64,000 nt of DNA from Adineta vaga (Eukaryota; Animalia; Rotifera). Each line of letters starts with the position of its first letter. Within the stretch, counting starts at the first letter, position 1. The position numbers were made by a program, and so were the translations under genes. The notes beneath the pieces are model-generated. The model was not told the DNA's origin and did not search any database. It saw only the letters and a list, made by a program, of their open reading frames with translations. Shown piece after piece: positions 1 through 13,987 of this stretch. The stretch is taken from the NCBI GenBank assembly GCA_021613535.1, contig CP075495.1, forward strand, positions 7,440,001 through 7,504,000, given 5' to 3'.

Positions 1-221
1 AATTTTAACCTTCATACTCTGACAATACCATCTAATTGAGATGAATTCGATTGTATATTCTAGACTTGAAACGTTTGACTTTCTAAATATAAAACTTTAT
101 CTGACATATTGACACTAATACGTTTTATTTTTATGCATATGTCACAACATCAAAGACAAAAAATTTCATTATCCAGAAATTATACAGAAAAAAAAAACTT
201 ATCTACATAGATAATAATTAT

Positions 222-3200
222 TCAAAGTTTCGTTTTATTTGCAATACATTTCCAAACATAAACTGTTGGTAATGATATATGTGTAACATTAGTTTCAATT
301 TTTCGTTTGGCTAAGTCAATTTTTTCAAAAGTTTCATCTTTTTCTCCAACACAATGTGTAATACGAGATAATTGTGTATCATTATTGATATCTTTTGTTG
401 ATAAAACTTGACCACCATATGCTTCAATATGTCGTTTTAATTTATTGTATTCATCCATAGGTAATTTTGATGATAAATGAATATATTGATTAACAAAAAT
501 ATTTGGAAAATGTAATTTTAGTAAGCTATTTGATACAGATTTTCGGAGGATCTTATTATCCGTCGGTTTAACATCAATATCATCGTCATCATCATCATCA
601 GAATCGATTTCGAGAAGTTTTCGTTTAGTTGGTGAAGATTTTGTTGGTGTAGAATTATTATTCGTATCACCAAAATGAAACTATAAATAAAGAGAGACAA
701 ATATATTTTGAGTTTTGTCCTAAATTTGAATACATACAACGTTTTCTTCATCTTCATTATCATTAGCATCTTTTTTCGATGGTTTCGATTTTTCGAAAAG
801 TTCTGTTAAATATTGTAGATTTGTTGCTTCTTTCCATGTTTTATCTTCACGTACTTTTGTTATACGAGGAAATCGAATCGATATTCCATTAGCAGTATGT
901 TGTTTCGATTGAGAGAATTCTGCACCCTAGTAAAAAAGAAACATAGATTAGATGAAAAAGGTGCAAGTATTCTGACAAATCCATACAGTTATTTCCCAAA
1001 CAGGTGATTTTTTTGGATCAATTACAATGAAATCTGGAACAAGTTCACGACTAATATTGCACCATTTTGGAATTTGATTAGGATTTTTAGAAATTTTTGT
1101 TATATTTGGTTTTAAATCAATTTGAAGTTTTTCTAATGTTGCATCATCAAAACCATTACCACATTTTGCTCTGAAAACAAAACTAGTAGATGCTCATTTG
1201 TAAAAGAAGAGTGTAATAACTTACACAGTATACCATTGATCAGTTTCAGGATCATGACAGCCGAGTAGAAAAACACTCATTAAGCCACCTTTTTTACCAG
1301 TACCATAATAAGCACCAAGAACAACTAAATCAGCTGTATCAGCCATGGTACCTTCCATTAAATAATCTTTTTTAACTTTAAGCCAATGACGTTTATTTGG
1401 TTCATAGTTTCCTTCAGGATTCTAGCATAGAAAGAACAGATATGTCATGAGAAATTTTGCTCTAATCATTATCTTATTTTCATTTTTCGGCATGGCAAAT
1501 AAATACTTACTTTAAGTACTAAACCCTCAAGTCCTTCAGCAATGGTAAAATTAATTAAATGTTTCAATTCACTTTTTTTATTGATTGTTTTTAAATCCGA
1601 AAGAAGAATACGATTTTCAATTGGTGTCATATGTTGAGCAAGAATTTCACGTCGTTCTTTCAATGTTTTGTCTGAAATACAACAAGATTTTTCTCAGTTA
1701 CATAATCTTATGTAGAGAATAAAATCGACTGCTGATTTTCTTTAGCGTTTCTCAACAAAAATACATTGCTCGAATACATCAGTAAATTAGAATTCTGTTA
1801 GATTGTACTAATTTTCTTCTATAAACTTACGCAAAAGACTTTCTCCATTGTAATAAAGACAATCAAAAATGAAAAAAGCTTCATTTGCTTCAGAAAATTC
1901 TTTCTTCTTATGTACACCAAGTGTTCCAAATGGTAATGGTTTTTTCGTTCTAAAAATAATAAGAAAAGAAACACGTGTTCTTAGAAACAAAAAATGAACT
2001 TTACTTTCTATCAACTAATAGAATTTCTCCATCAAGTATCATTGATTCACCTTTTGGAAATGCTTGTAAAACGAATTGACTTAATTGTTCAATTTTATGT
2101 TCAGTTACTGGTTTTAAACTTCGAGAGAAAAATTTAAATTTATTTGCTTTATCTTTATGTAATTGTAAACGTTCGCCATCGTATTTAATTTCAGCAAAGA
2201 AACCCTTTGGACAACGTTTAAATGCAAAATCAACTGATTTACATGGTTCAGCTAACATTGGATGAACTGAAATGAAGATTTCTGTATGATAAATATTTGA
2301 ATTATTTAATAAGAAAGGTTTACCTGGAGTCATCAATTCAATTCTAATGGATAATTTTTTACTCAGTTGTGTACCATTATCAATCGAAGTTTTATGTTCT
2401 AAATATCGTTTTATAAATGATTTTAAGTCATTTGTAGCTTGAAAACTTTCATAAGCATTTGTACCAAGACTTTCAATAATATGTTTTGGTCCAGCATTGA
2501 TTTTCTAAAGTAAAGAGAAACGATATTTCTTCAATATCTATGTATTCAAAAGATAATCAATAATATTTACGAGATCTTTTTGAACAAGACGAATAAACAT
2601 ACGTAAATCATTTACTGTCGATTTTTCAGTTATTTTACGTAATAATTGAATTTGATCTTGTTCACGAGTTATTTTTCCTAATTCTTGTAAATAAGTGTCA
2701 ACATCATAATTAGATAAGATTGTTTTTGGTGGTGGTTTAACATGAGTCGTTGAAGAATAAAATTGAGCTATCGTTTCAGCAACATCTGATTCAAAGAAAA
2801 TATAAATGATCAAGTTTTTCCTGTGAAGAGAAGAGTATAAATCATACCGCCACATTCCTCGCATTTTTGTATCATTGCAGTGACATTTTCATGAAAAATA
2901 GTTGAAAAAAGTTTGCACAATTGTTTAGCTTTCAAGTTATAAATAATAGATTTATAACCTTTGCTCGGTAAGAGAAGATGAAATAAGAGACTCAAATTAC
3001 CTAGAAGAAGAAGAAGCAAAGAATCTTGTAACTGAATATATTTTCGAAATAGTCTTACCTTTAAAACTCTCTCCATCAGTTCCATAAGTAATAAATTGTT
3101 CAACAATCGATGTTTTAGCTAAATGTCCATTTGTTTCAGCAATTTTTGTACAAAGTGCACGAAATTGTCGAAATGCATTATCCGGATGTTTAGGATCATC

Positions 3201-3758
3201 ATTTAACGGTGTATGAATTCCATTTGTCTTTGTATCAATATCCTTTTCATCATCAACATCATCTTCAATATCAATAGTTTCGATATCATTATTATCAATT
3301 GTTGATTCATCATCATCGTCAACGTTTTTTGGAACAGATTTTGATGATGATGCTTTTGTCGTCGTCGTCGTCGTTGTCTTCGTTGGTGTCTTCTTTGTTG
3401 GTGTTGTTACTGATTTAGTCGCGGATTTAGTTGCTTTTTTTGTTGGTGATTTAGTTACTCGTGCTGTTTGAATTTGTTTGATTTGTTCGAGAACAATCTC
3501 TCGATCAGCAGGACTTATATTTGACCATCCATCAAGATCAGTTGAACTTTCAATAATTTTTGTTGTTGCACGAGCATGAAGAAATGTTTCAAATATACAA
3601 GGAACATGATGATAAACTTTCATTGTGTCTCCTTCAGAAAATGGACTGGGTGTGACTTTTGCAATACGTATTTCATTTTTAGTAATTTTTGTTTTACATT
3701 TTTTACATGCTGATGTTCCAAGTTTGGCATAATCAATAGAAAAACGATTGTCTGCCAT
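222..3758 (-). CDS. LIG3: DNA ligase III (PARP-type zinc finger, DBD, adenylation domain, OB fold, C-terminal BRCT), multi-exon
   Basis: Starts MADNRFSIDYAKLGTSACKKCK...YHHVPC (zf-PARP). Has catalytic EIKYDGERLQLHK, MILDGE, EGLEGLVLK, KRHWLKVKKDYL and SIRFPRI motifs across GT-AG introns (e.g. 3001-3058). BRCT-like end LKRHIEAYGG...WKCI, stop at 222-224. Confidence 0.97.
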
Positions 3759-4132
3759 GCTAGTTAACCAGATGAATCAAAATTACAATCTGAAATGAAC
3801 TTTATTTAGATAGAAACAGATGAAAAATTCGATATGATAAATATCAGAAAGCGCCAGAGGATAAATAGATACTGCATAATATTCTCGTCATACATTTGTC
3901 AAATGATAATATTGAATGTTTCATCCAAAATCATTTACTAATCTACAAAAATAAGACATATGGGTTTCATTGATTTGTTTATAAATCAACTTAACAAATA
4001 CAAAAATATCTGAACAACAAATCAAATTTATAGATTATATAGATTCAGTTTTTCACTGTAAAACTTTTCAATGACTAGAAGAACATTCGAATATACATAC
4101 ATAAAATAATATGAAACTGAAAATATTCTTTG

Positions 4133-5535
4133 GTAGCAAAGCTTTATTGTATAAAACAACACTACTACATAAAGTCAATGGATAGTATCGTTATTATACA
4201 CAAGCTAGAAGAGAGAAGAACGGATACATGACGTATGTCTTTTGTCCGTAGGAAAATGAGAAGAATGGGAAAAATCATATGTAATAATAGTGAATGTATA
4301 TGGAGTGACATGTGTATAGTCTTAGTGATGTGGTAAGGAAAAGAAAAGGATATAATAGTAGTAGATGGATAGACTAGAGAAGAAAAGGAAAAGAAGCTGG
4401 GTTACATGTGAAAAATTTAAATCGGTAAATACATTGACTCGATATCATATTGCATATAAGAACGAACAAGGAACTTACTGGTTATTTTTTAGATCGGTAT
4501 AAACGTTGACTCGATATCATATTATATATATAAGAATGGTATTCTTTCTCGATGTTAACCTTAATATAACGGTGGTGATTTTTTTTAAATTTTGTTTAAG
4601 ATACACTGTAGATGATTCTTCAGTGTAATGTCATTGTTTGTTGTTGCAGTTTGTAATGAATGTTTAAGTAGTCCTATTGCATAATCTTTGATTTTTGGAA
4701 TGTTGCTAATCTTGTGAATGTATTTTACAGATGTGTATATGGGAAGACCGAGTGCAGCTCTAATTGCTCTATTCTGCATAATTTGTAGACGGTCCCATAT
4801 TTTGAATCAGAGGTAAGGAGAAGAGAATGTCCGTAAATGATAACTGTGCGTACAATTGATTTGAAAATATTTATCATCGTCTTGTTATTGATTTGATATG
4901 CTGTTCTTGAAAGCTATCGAAGTAGACCGATCCGAGGAGCAATCTTGCTTTCGATATGATCGAGATGTGTTCGCCATTTTAATCTGTTGTCTATAGTTAA
5001 ACCCAAGTAACGTGTGGAATCCAGTGGTTTGATGATGGTATCTTCAACTTTAACTCAGTTCACTGGATGCTTGTATTGTTTTCTTGGATGTATGCTGAAG
5101 TGAATCAGCTCTGTCTTTGTTGGTTGTAGTTTTAATTTCCATGACTTGCACCAACTTTTGAATGCATCAATGGATTGTTGTAATCTGGTTGTAAGATTTG
5201 TTAAGGTGTTCCCAGATGTTCATAATGCAGTATCGTCAGCGAATAACCCATGTTCTGTATGAGTTGGTATTCCATTCATCGAATCTGCCATATACATGAT
5301 ATAAAGTCATGGTGATAATGGAGATCCTTGTGGTGTACCGCTCTTCAGATTGAATGGACGTGATAATATATTTTCGATTTCAATTTCAGCCGTTCTGTTT
5401 CTTAAGAACGAGATCAAACAATTGACGATGTATCGGGGAAGACGTAGATCATTAAGCTTGTATATCAAACCATCGTGCCATACTGAATCAAATGCTGCTT
5501 TGATGTCGAAAAGAATGACAGGTGAGTGCCGTCGT
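4133..5535 (-). mobile_element. Degenerate, 5'-truncated non-LTR retrotransposon (LINE; RT C-terminal half plus 3' UTR)
   Basis: RT motifs FDIKAAFDSVWHDGL, GTPQGSPLSP, LFADDTAL, YLGLTID and LQIMQNRAIRAALG are broken by stops and frameshifts. A 3' UTR-like region follows, ending at AATAAA (minus strand, ~4143-4148). Ends are approximate; no TSD found. Confidence 0.9.
4421..4536. repeat. Imperfect ~42-bp direct repeat in the LINE 3' UTR
   Basis: atcggtaaatacattgactcgatatcatattgcatataagaa (4421) versus atcggtataaacgttgactcgatatcatattatatatataagaa (4493). Confidence 0.8.
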
Positions 5536-7136
5536 CGAAAACTAAAAAAAGAAATATGTATAATAAATAAAGCCATGACTAATTAAAGAGAATAGTCGTA
5601 AAATTTCATTTTAAATATTATTTATCAATAGCGACGATATCTTGCCTGTTCTTCCCTTCACTTTATATTCTAACTAAATGAAACATTAAAAAGAATGATT
5701 TTTAATTTTCTCGTCTTACTGTTGAATGTGGTTCACTAAAATGATTATTTAAAACAGCCGTCATTGCTTTAGATAATTGTTCGGATTTATAACGACGATA
5801 ATTGCCTCGTTTTGAACGCATTTTTTTCCCATGGATATCAACAATCGTTTTACTTTTAACAATCATTTCCACTCGCTTTCTATTTGATTTAGACACAGCT
5901 TCATTTTTAGTTCGAATGGATGATGAACTTGATATGGATCGATTGAGTACGTTACTATTCTTGATAAAGAGGAAAAAGAGATGATAAATTAATTTTATGT
6001 GCTATATTTAGATCAAACAGAGAAAAACCGCAAGCTATTCATACTTAAATGTAAAGATTTTATTTTAGGTGTGTGCTTTCCTATAACATTATCTTTTCAA
6101 GATCTCTCAATCTTCTTTAGAATCATAAATAATTTAGGATTAGGTAAAGACCGTGCATATCGATTTAAGAGGCCATGTTGTCTTTTACATTTTCCCTTCG
6201 AGATAAGTCTAATTATGATTTTCAATTTTCTTTTAACGGAAATTAAAATATTTAGTTCGTTGAATTTGTTTTTGTATTATTCAGTAAAGCAAATTTTTAA
6301 CGGTCTATGGAACAATCAGTTATCCATAGAAGTTACATACCTTGTATTCGTCATTAGTATTGACATAAACATTATTAATGTCTTGTCTATTTTCGACTAT
6401 TTCATTTAATATTTTTCTCATAATACCATCAAGTACATGACTGACATTGATCCATTGGGATGAAAACGATGATGATTGATGAAAGATTTTGATTTTTGTA
6501 TTATCACGTTGATATTCAATTTCTTCAATCATTTTTGTATAAGCCATTCGTTTAGCTAATTGAGCAATATGTTTTTCTGATACAGACAAATCAGTTTGAT
6601 ATGTTGATGCAAAATGATTATTGTTTGGCCATGATTTCGATAAATAATCTGAATTTGTGCAATTCAATGAAGTCAGACCCTCAAGTTGATAAATTAAGGG
6701 AAAATATGATGCACTAAAAAGAAGATTTTTAAAACAAAACAAATAATTGATATTCATTTTGCTTTACTAAAGATTCGAATTGAAGTTCATTAGAACATTA
6801 TCTTCATTATTGAAATAAGTGTTATGAAGGAATCTTTGATCTGCATAATATTCTTCTCGATTAATACAAAACAAGCAGATTTTACTTGGGTTGAAATCAC
6901 TTGGAACATGTTTTTCTACAAAAGATAAAACGATCATTTTCTCTGTACAAGAAATCAACTGTTTATCTTTAAAACATACCAATCGTTTGGCTGAATATTT
7001 CGATATCATGATGACAATGATATTTTGATATTGTTTCCAAACCAATCTGTAACAGGATATTTTTGGTCCATTTACCAAACTCTCGTCGAATAAATTTTCG
7101 ATCTTGTTGACATTGGTTTAAGTAACATTCTGACAT
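5465..7136 (-). CDS. E93/Mblk-1/LCoR-family pipsqueak HTH transcription factor with shortened HTH; 3' end uncertain
   Basis: Phase-consistent exons at 7136-6980, 6915-6768, 6713-6341, 5959-5720 and 5673-5646. N-terminus MSECYLNQCQQDRKFIRREFGKWTKNILLQIGLE and DFNPSKICLFC resemble the E93/LCoR N-terminus. C-terminus KRGNYRRYKSEQLSKAM...PHST|LEYKVKGR is the psq motif. Ends at 5611 if unspliced, or at 5465 via a GC-AG intron (5645-5542). Confidence 0.8.
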
Positions 7137-8718
7137 CTAGATATTTTAACAATGAACGTAAAATGAATGGGAAAAGATAGTAAAGAACAGACAAAGTAGT
7201 CTAGAGGAAGAGCAAAGGGAAGGAGAGAGCATTTATCTTACAATCACACACATAAAAATAATATTTCCGCCAATTGATAATCGATATGACAATGTGAATG
7301 AATGAATAAATATCGTTTAAATTTGAATTATTAAAAAATAAACAGATGGCGTAAGAGGGCTGATTTTGCATACTAAATGGTGTTTCACTGACTGTACTTT
7401 CTAGTTCTAAATAGTTCGTACAAAGATACAAGTCCTTTCTTGTCAAAGGTGTCCCGTCTCTGCTCATTTAAATTAAACCTAACGGAAGAAAGATGATCAC
7501 AGGAACTGCCAAAGGCAAAACCTTTCAGACAAATCTATTCATGTAAAAAGAAACATAATTATAAATTTTTATTACTTTTATACTATTACTTATCTATTCT
7601 TTTTTTTTTCATAAGAAATAATTCTCAATGAATTCATGATTCTGTTATAAAATAATTTACATAAAAGAAAAGCACTTTATACAGGCTACTTTTGAACAAA
7701 CGAATTTTAAATCTGCATTAATATTTATCCTAAAATATATTTCCGAGATAAAAAAAAGAATCTTCTTTTGTGTTGAGATTCAAAAAGATACTTTTCATAT
7801 AATCATAGTCTCAGTGGTAATAATAATCCACTAAATACAACTAATTATTTTAGTATACATAATAATATATTCGTTTTTTATTATCACAGTCATTTGAACT
7901 TCTGGAATTCATGGAATGTTTTCAGAGAACTCTGCTTATGTTATTCGCCCTTTTTTCATAAAAAGAAATGGTTGTATTTATATACTTACTACTAATCATA
8001 ATCTCCTATATTCCACCGATGTTCAACTTTCGTTCTCCATCAGACAGACACTAGATTGTATTAGCACGCAACATGACCAGTCATATTACGATTAATTAAG
8101 AAAGAAAATAACCATTGGTACCTTTTTTTGTTGATATATTTTAATTCGAACCAAACATTAATATCTACCATTGTGTTATTGATCGTCTGCTATATATTGA
8201 TATAGAACAGGAAGAATAAATGGATTATTATTACGCAGTAGTTGTGCAAGAACGATAAAAGCCATTTTCGATCATAGCATCCATGACAACTGTGATTTTA
8301 GGAAGGATTATAAATGATGAAGAACACAATAAGAAGGAGACCCTATTAAAATGACTAAATATAATAAAATATTAATAAATATATCCATATTAGTTTTGAT
8401 AATTTTCGTAAGAAATAATTTGGTAGCGCTGTTAAACTTTTCGAGTGACTAACAAATATTGATTGGTTGATTTTTTATCACTGAAAAAAGATGGAAGGTG
8501 AAGGTGTGTCGTAGGTTTTACTTTTATCGAGATAGTTTGGTTTTATTTTACTTTCTATGTTATCGTTGTTTATATTTCTTTGCCATTTCTTATCTTTAAA
8601 CCTTTAAATCGTGTGTTTTTTACGGACATATTGCCGAGATAATATAAACAAAAATCAAAGTGGTTTGTTTTCTTTCTATTGTAGATATCCAGAGTAACTT
8701 AAAATATCATCACTAAAA

Positions 8719-11110
8719 ATGATTGGTTTTAGTTCCCGATGTAATTCACTATTTCATTCCGTTGGTGCAAGAAATCTTGCTGTAAGTAGAAATTCCTCAT
8801 TGATGAAAATAGATATCACGGAAATAAATTTAGACTTCAACATGGATTCGATGTGCTAGTTCTTCATCAAAACCTGTAAGTTTGATTTTTTTACAAAAAC
8901 TACTAGAAAAGTAGATTCTTATATTTATTGTTAATAGCCAACTGTAAAAAATTGGATTGATGGAAGAGCTGTGGAATCGAAAACAAAGGATTGGATCGAA
9001 CTTACCAATCCAGTAAATAATAATATTTAGAAAATAGAAAATTTCAATAATATTTTTCCTAGGCAACCAATGAAGTTATTGGTTTAGTTCCAAAAAGTAC
9101 TCAAGAAGAAATGAATGAAGCTGTTGAAAGTTGTAAAAAAGCATTTCGTACATGGTCAAAAACAACTATTCTTCAACGACAACAAATTATGTTTCGTTAT
9201 CAAGATCTTATCAAGAAAAATATGGTTTGTCGATTCCTTTTCATCTACCCCACAAACTAAATGCGCATGTATCTATATATTTCTAGCGAAGAATTGCAGA
9301 AAATATTTCCAAAGAACAAGGAAAAACAGTTGCTGATGCAGAAGGTTCAACTTTACGTGGTTTACAAGTTGTCGAATCATGTTGTTCAGTAACATTTTTA
9401 CAAACCGGTGATACAATGCATAGCGTTGCAAAAGATATGGATATTCATAGTTATCGAGTACCATTAGGTGTTACAGCAGGGTTAGTTCCGTATCATATGA
9501 ATGAATAAAAATTTATAAAAATAACTTATGATTCTAGTATTGCACCTTTTAATTTTCCTGCAATGATTCCACTTTGGGTAAGTTGATAATGATTATTAAT
9601 GAGTATGACTAAAGACCTTTTTTCCTGTATAGATGTTCCCGGTGGCAGCTGTTTGTGGTAATACAATGTTAATGAAACCAGTAAGATGTTTTATAATAAA
9701 AGTAGACTAGTAAAATTGAAGAGTTCAACAATAGTCTGAACAAGATCCAGGTGCATGTATGATGCTTGTTGAATTAGCAAAAGAAGCTGGTTTACCTGAT
9801 GGTGTGGTGAATTGTATTCATGGTCAAAATGACGGTATAGGAAAGAAACTTTTGTATTCACATTGACTTTATGACATTGATCTTTCAGCTGTTACATTCA
9901 TCTGTGATCATCCTGATATTCGAGCTATATCATTTGTTGGTTCAGACACAGCTGTAAGAATGATTTCGATGAAAAAACCAAATTCTTTCGTGACCGAAAG
10001 TGTTTATTTAGGGTAATTATATTTACGAACGTGGTTCAAAAAATGGCAAACGTGTACAATGTAACATGGTATACAAGCATATTAACTTATTTATTTGTTT
10101 TTTAAATTATGTTTTTCATTTGATTTTAGGGCGCAAAAAATCATGGTGTTATCATGCCTGATGCTAATAAGGACCAAGCTTTAAATCAAGTATGTGGTAG
10201 AAAAGCTACTATAGTGAAGAGATAATTTCGTTTTTGTTTAGCTTCTTGGTGCAGCATTCGGTGCTGCTGGTCAACGTTGTATGGCTTTATCTACAGCTAT
10301 ATTTGTTGGTAAAGCACGAGAATGGATACCGGATTTTGTTGAAAAAGCGAAAAAATTACGTGTTAGTGCTGGTCACGAACCTACAGCTGATTTAGGACCA
10401 GTGATATCCAAGAAAGCAAAAGAACGTGTTCTTGATTTAGTTGAATCCGGTGTTAATGAAGGTGCAAAACTACTTTTAGATGGACGTAATATCAAAGTAC
10501 CCGGTTATGAAAATGGTAATTTCGTTGGACCTACAATTCTTCATGAAGTTACAGTGAGTGTTTATTTCGAAATATTTTCTGACAAATAAGTTTTTTCTCT
10601 TTCAAGCCAAACATGCAATGTTACAAGGAAGAAATCTTTGGTCCCGTACTTGTTTCAATGGCTGTTGATACGTTAGATGATGCTATTAAAGTTATCAATG
10701 ATAATCCATATGGTAATGGTACTGCTATTTTTACAACCAATGGAGCTACTGCAAGAAAGTTCACTCAAGAAATTGATGTTGGACAAGTAAATGAAAATTT
10801 GTGTGCATAATCATAGAAGAATTGAAAGAATACTTTCTTTTGTTTAGATTGGAGTCAATGTTCCAATTCCAGTTCCACTTCCCATGTTTTCATTTACTGG
10901 TTCTCGTGGTTCATTCCGTGGTGACACAAACTTCTATGGACGTAATGTAAGAAAAAACAACATCTGACATGCTTCTTTCCATTGTAAAAAATATTCTTCT
11001 CTCTCCATTAGGGAATGAACTTCTATACACAATTGAAAACAGTGACATCACAATGGCGACAAGAAGATGCAACACCAATGGATGCTCAAATGTCAATGCC
11101 AACAATGTAG
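8719..11110 (+). CDS. ALDH6A1: Methylmalonate-semialdehyde dehydrogenase (acylating), mitochondrial
   Basis: Multi-exon gene with [71 protein letters not shown] and [12 protein letters not shown]; basic N-terminal leader. Confidence 0.96.
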
Positions 11111-12299
11111 TAAAAGCAAAAGAATAAAAATACTCGATAGCTCTTTTCTTTACAACTATTAGTAAACGATCCTATTTTAGTTTTCGTTTGTTGATTTATG
11201 TTATAAAAAAAATATCGAGATATGATTTAAATAAAATTAATTGCTTTCAATATCATCTGGTTCTACTGCATTTGATATTACAATAAGGCAGCTAACAAAT
11301 AGGACCCTTTGAAGTCAACATATTTCATGTCTTAGGAATAAATCATTTTCATCTGATCAAAATCTTTTGACTGATTCTGCAATAGTTTCATATACTAAAT
11401 TAAACAAATGAAATTTATATCACGATATTATAGCAGCTTTACTTAGAAACTATTAATATAGAGTGAAGATTAATTTATGGAATAAAACTCATCGATTCAC
11501 ATATAAAGTAAACTGATAGTAATCTAATTTAGAGTCTGTTGTAGACCACATCGTTCATTTTTGAACTTACTTTAATAATAATGTATATACGATTAGGAAT
11601 TATTTCAGTCATTATCACAAGATACTCATCTACTTAATTCATTACAGTGTCGCATCGATCTAGAGGACTCGAATACCTTACTATTTAGAAAATAAAATCA
11701 ATTATATTCAACTAGGTTATGGGCTTTAACTTAAATAGTTATTCTTTGTATATTTCTCGATGTTACCCAATTGTTCAGAAAAATAAGCAGATGGCTATCG
11801 CAGTTGCAAACAGAATGTATATGACTTGTTTTCTGTCTCTTTATCGAATGGTTCTGAAATGTTAACGGGAACATGGAAAAAAGTTGTATTTTAAAGTTAG
11901 AAGGTACTGGATATAAGGATCCAGATAAATTCCTACTTTTTATTCTTTTTTTTGGTGAATTATATACATACATGTCAACTTCTTAAAACATGTACTTCAT
12001 ATTATATCTACTATATTTTTTCTCTACAGCCGTTAATTTCGTAGAAATGATTATAACATTGGGTACGTTTTCGAAATTACTTAACAGTTGGAATGAACAG
12101 AAACAAATGTCTATCATTATTTTAGTCACTTGTTTTAAGACAATACGTATGGATTCGTTCCTTTCAATATATTTAATGTGATTTCAATCGTATCTGATGT
12201 TCGTTCCTTATTAAACGCCAGAAACTGAAGTGGTAGCTGTTTAAAAACCCTAAAACATTTCAACAAAGACCTTTCATTAGCTTAGTATTTAAAAGTTTA

Positions 12300-12730
12300 C
12301 TTATGATGTCAGATACTGGTCGACTACTGTCGTTTTGAATTATCGTTAGCGTTTTTCGAACTCTTTCGCTAGGATTTAATTTATAATTTGTTGATGAACT
12401 AATAATAACTGCTGTATTTCAATAATCAACATGAATGAACGGTTTTTTGAAAAAGAAATTTGTCAGAAGGAATTCGACTCATTAGATTTATAACTGATGG
12501 TGATGCAAAATGTTTCCTATAAATATATGTGTGTAAGTATAATCTTATCTTGGATATCAATTATTTAAGTTATGCTTTTCAGATACAACATACATGTACA
12601 TAAAACGACGTTGAATTTCATTCTCATTGCTAACAATAGCTAACATTGATCAATCAAAACATGACTTCGCAAAGTCAGATATATGTCCAAAGGACCGACA
12701 AAATTATGAATCGTGTACAAAAATATAGGC
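12300..12730 (+). pseudogene. Heavily decayed DNA-transposase-like relic
   Basis: Residual peptides FITDGDAK (~12487) and KHDFAKSDICPKDRQNYESCTKI (~12657-12725) recall P-element-like transposase segments. No open frame; family call is from memory only. Confidence 0.35.
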
Positions 12731-13801
12731 ATTATCGATATGCTATTAACTTCGGGGAAAATATTTGACAGCTGATCTGAATACATATATTGTCTTGAAC
12801 GTCAGCCGATCAATATAATCTATTGCTACGTATAGTTATATCTCCCTTCATGCTATAGCTGGACAACAAGATTACAGAAGAACAAAGATTTTTGAAAAAG
12901 TCAATCCAAGAAGTCATCATTACTTATATAATATTATGTCGATAATCACACCTCAATCAATCCATCTGATTGATTTTACTGTCGTAAGTTCATGATCTTT
13001 TCTACGTATATTTTTCAATTGTTGTATATGTGAAAATTTAGCCCACTTATTCAACCATATTTATAGTAAAAGTGAAAGGAAGTCTTCAATTTAATGATAT
13101 CAAAATATTCGCATAGACAAAGAAAGTTCTTAACCTTTGCCTCGCATGTAAAAAATGAAGAACTTAGTACAATCGGAATTACATTAATCACGAAGAAACA
13201 ATATCAACCAAATAGAATGTGATTTTTACAATTCAAATTACTGATTGAATTACAAATTTGGACATCGATCGCTAGACTATTAGAATGTCATTCAAATAAG
13301 TAAATTGAGTGTTTATTGTATATGAAATAACATATTCCCACAAACGAAACTGTGAAATTACTTGTCATAGAATCTGTGGGTAAGAACACTTACCAGTCTG
13401 TTTGGTAAATATAAATAACGCTCGTCGAGGGTGACTCTCTTGACACTCGACTGAAGGATTAACTAAACCAAACTTAGTGACTACTTTCGCTGAAAAGATT
13501 TTTGCTTTGAAAATGAATCTTGTATAGATTATGGAATACTTGTTACATATCGATTGATAGACAATCAATAGTTTCTCTAACATACAATTGTTCACTAAGA
13601 ATTATTTTACTTATAGATCGAACTATTTCATAGATTCTCAAGTGTCACGAGTCTCACCTATTGCAATAATGATGGATCTCTTAAATTAATGTCTACTCGT
13701 TCGTCGACCTGTCTATGATTGACCACTCACGGTCACTGGTTTCCACTTACCAATTCAAGATATTCGTCACTAAGAATTCAAACGCGGGAAGAATAACTGA
13801 A

Positions 13802-13987
13802 CCGATCCAGGATGAATAATCCGACGGTTGGATCCCACAGGATCATGTCGGAAAAACCATCGGATTTTATCGGATCTGACAGGAAGTTGTCGGATGTCGG
13901 AAAGTATCGCAAACCACTGAGATTCTGTTGGACCCTTGAAAATCCGACAACTTGCTATCGGATCCGATGGGATTAGTTTGACCTGGG
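13802..13987. mobile_element. MITE/non-autonomous transposon fragment
   Basis: GC-elevated ~185-bp patch with many TCGGA/TCCGA motifs in both orientations, ending in a TIR-like TTGACCTGGG. The other end was not found. Confidence 0.55.

Noticed and set aside
7445-7462. Solo hAT-like TIR (CAGAGACGGG on the minus strand)
   Set aside because: Only ~10 bp of similarity to the hAT TIR, with no partner end or TSD found.
7900-8350. Possible decayed secreted-protein gene on the + strand
   Set aside because: Stops occur in all frames, and resemblance to any family is too weak.
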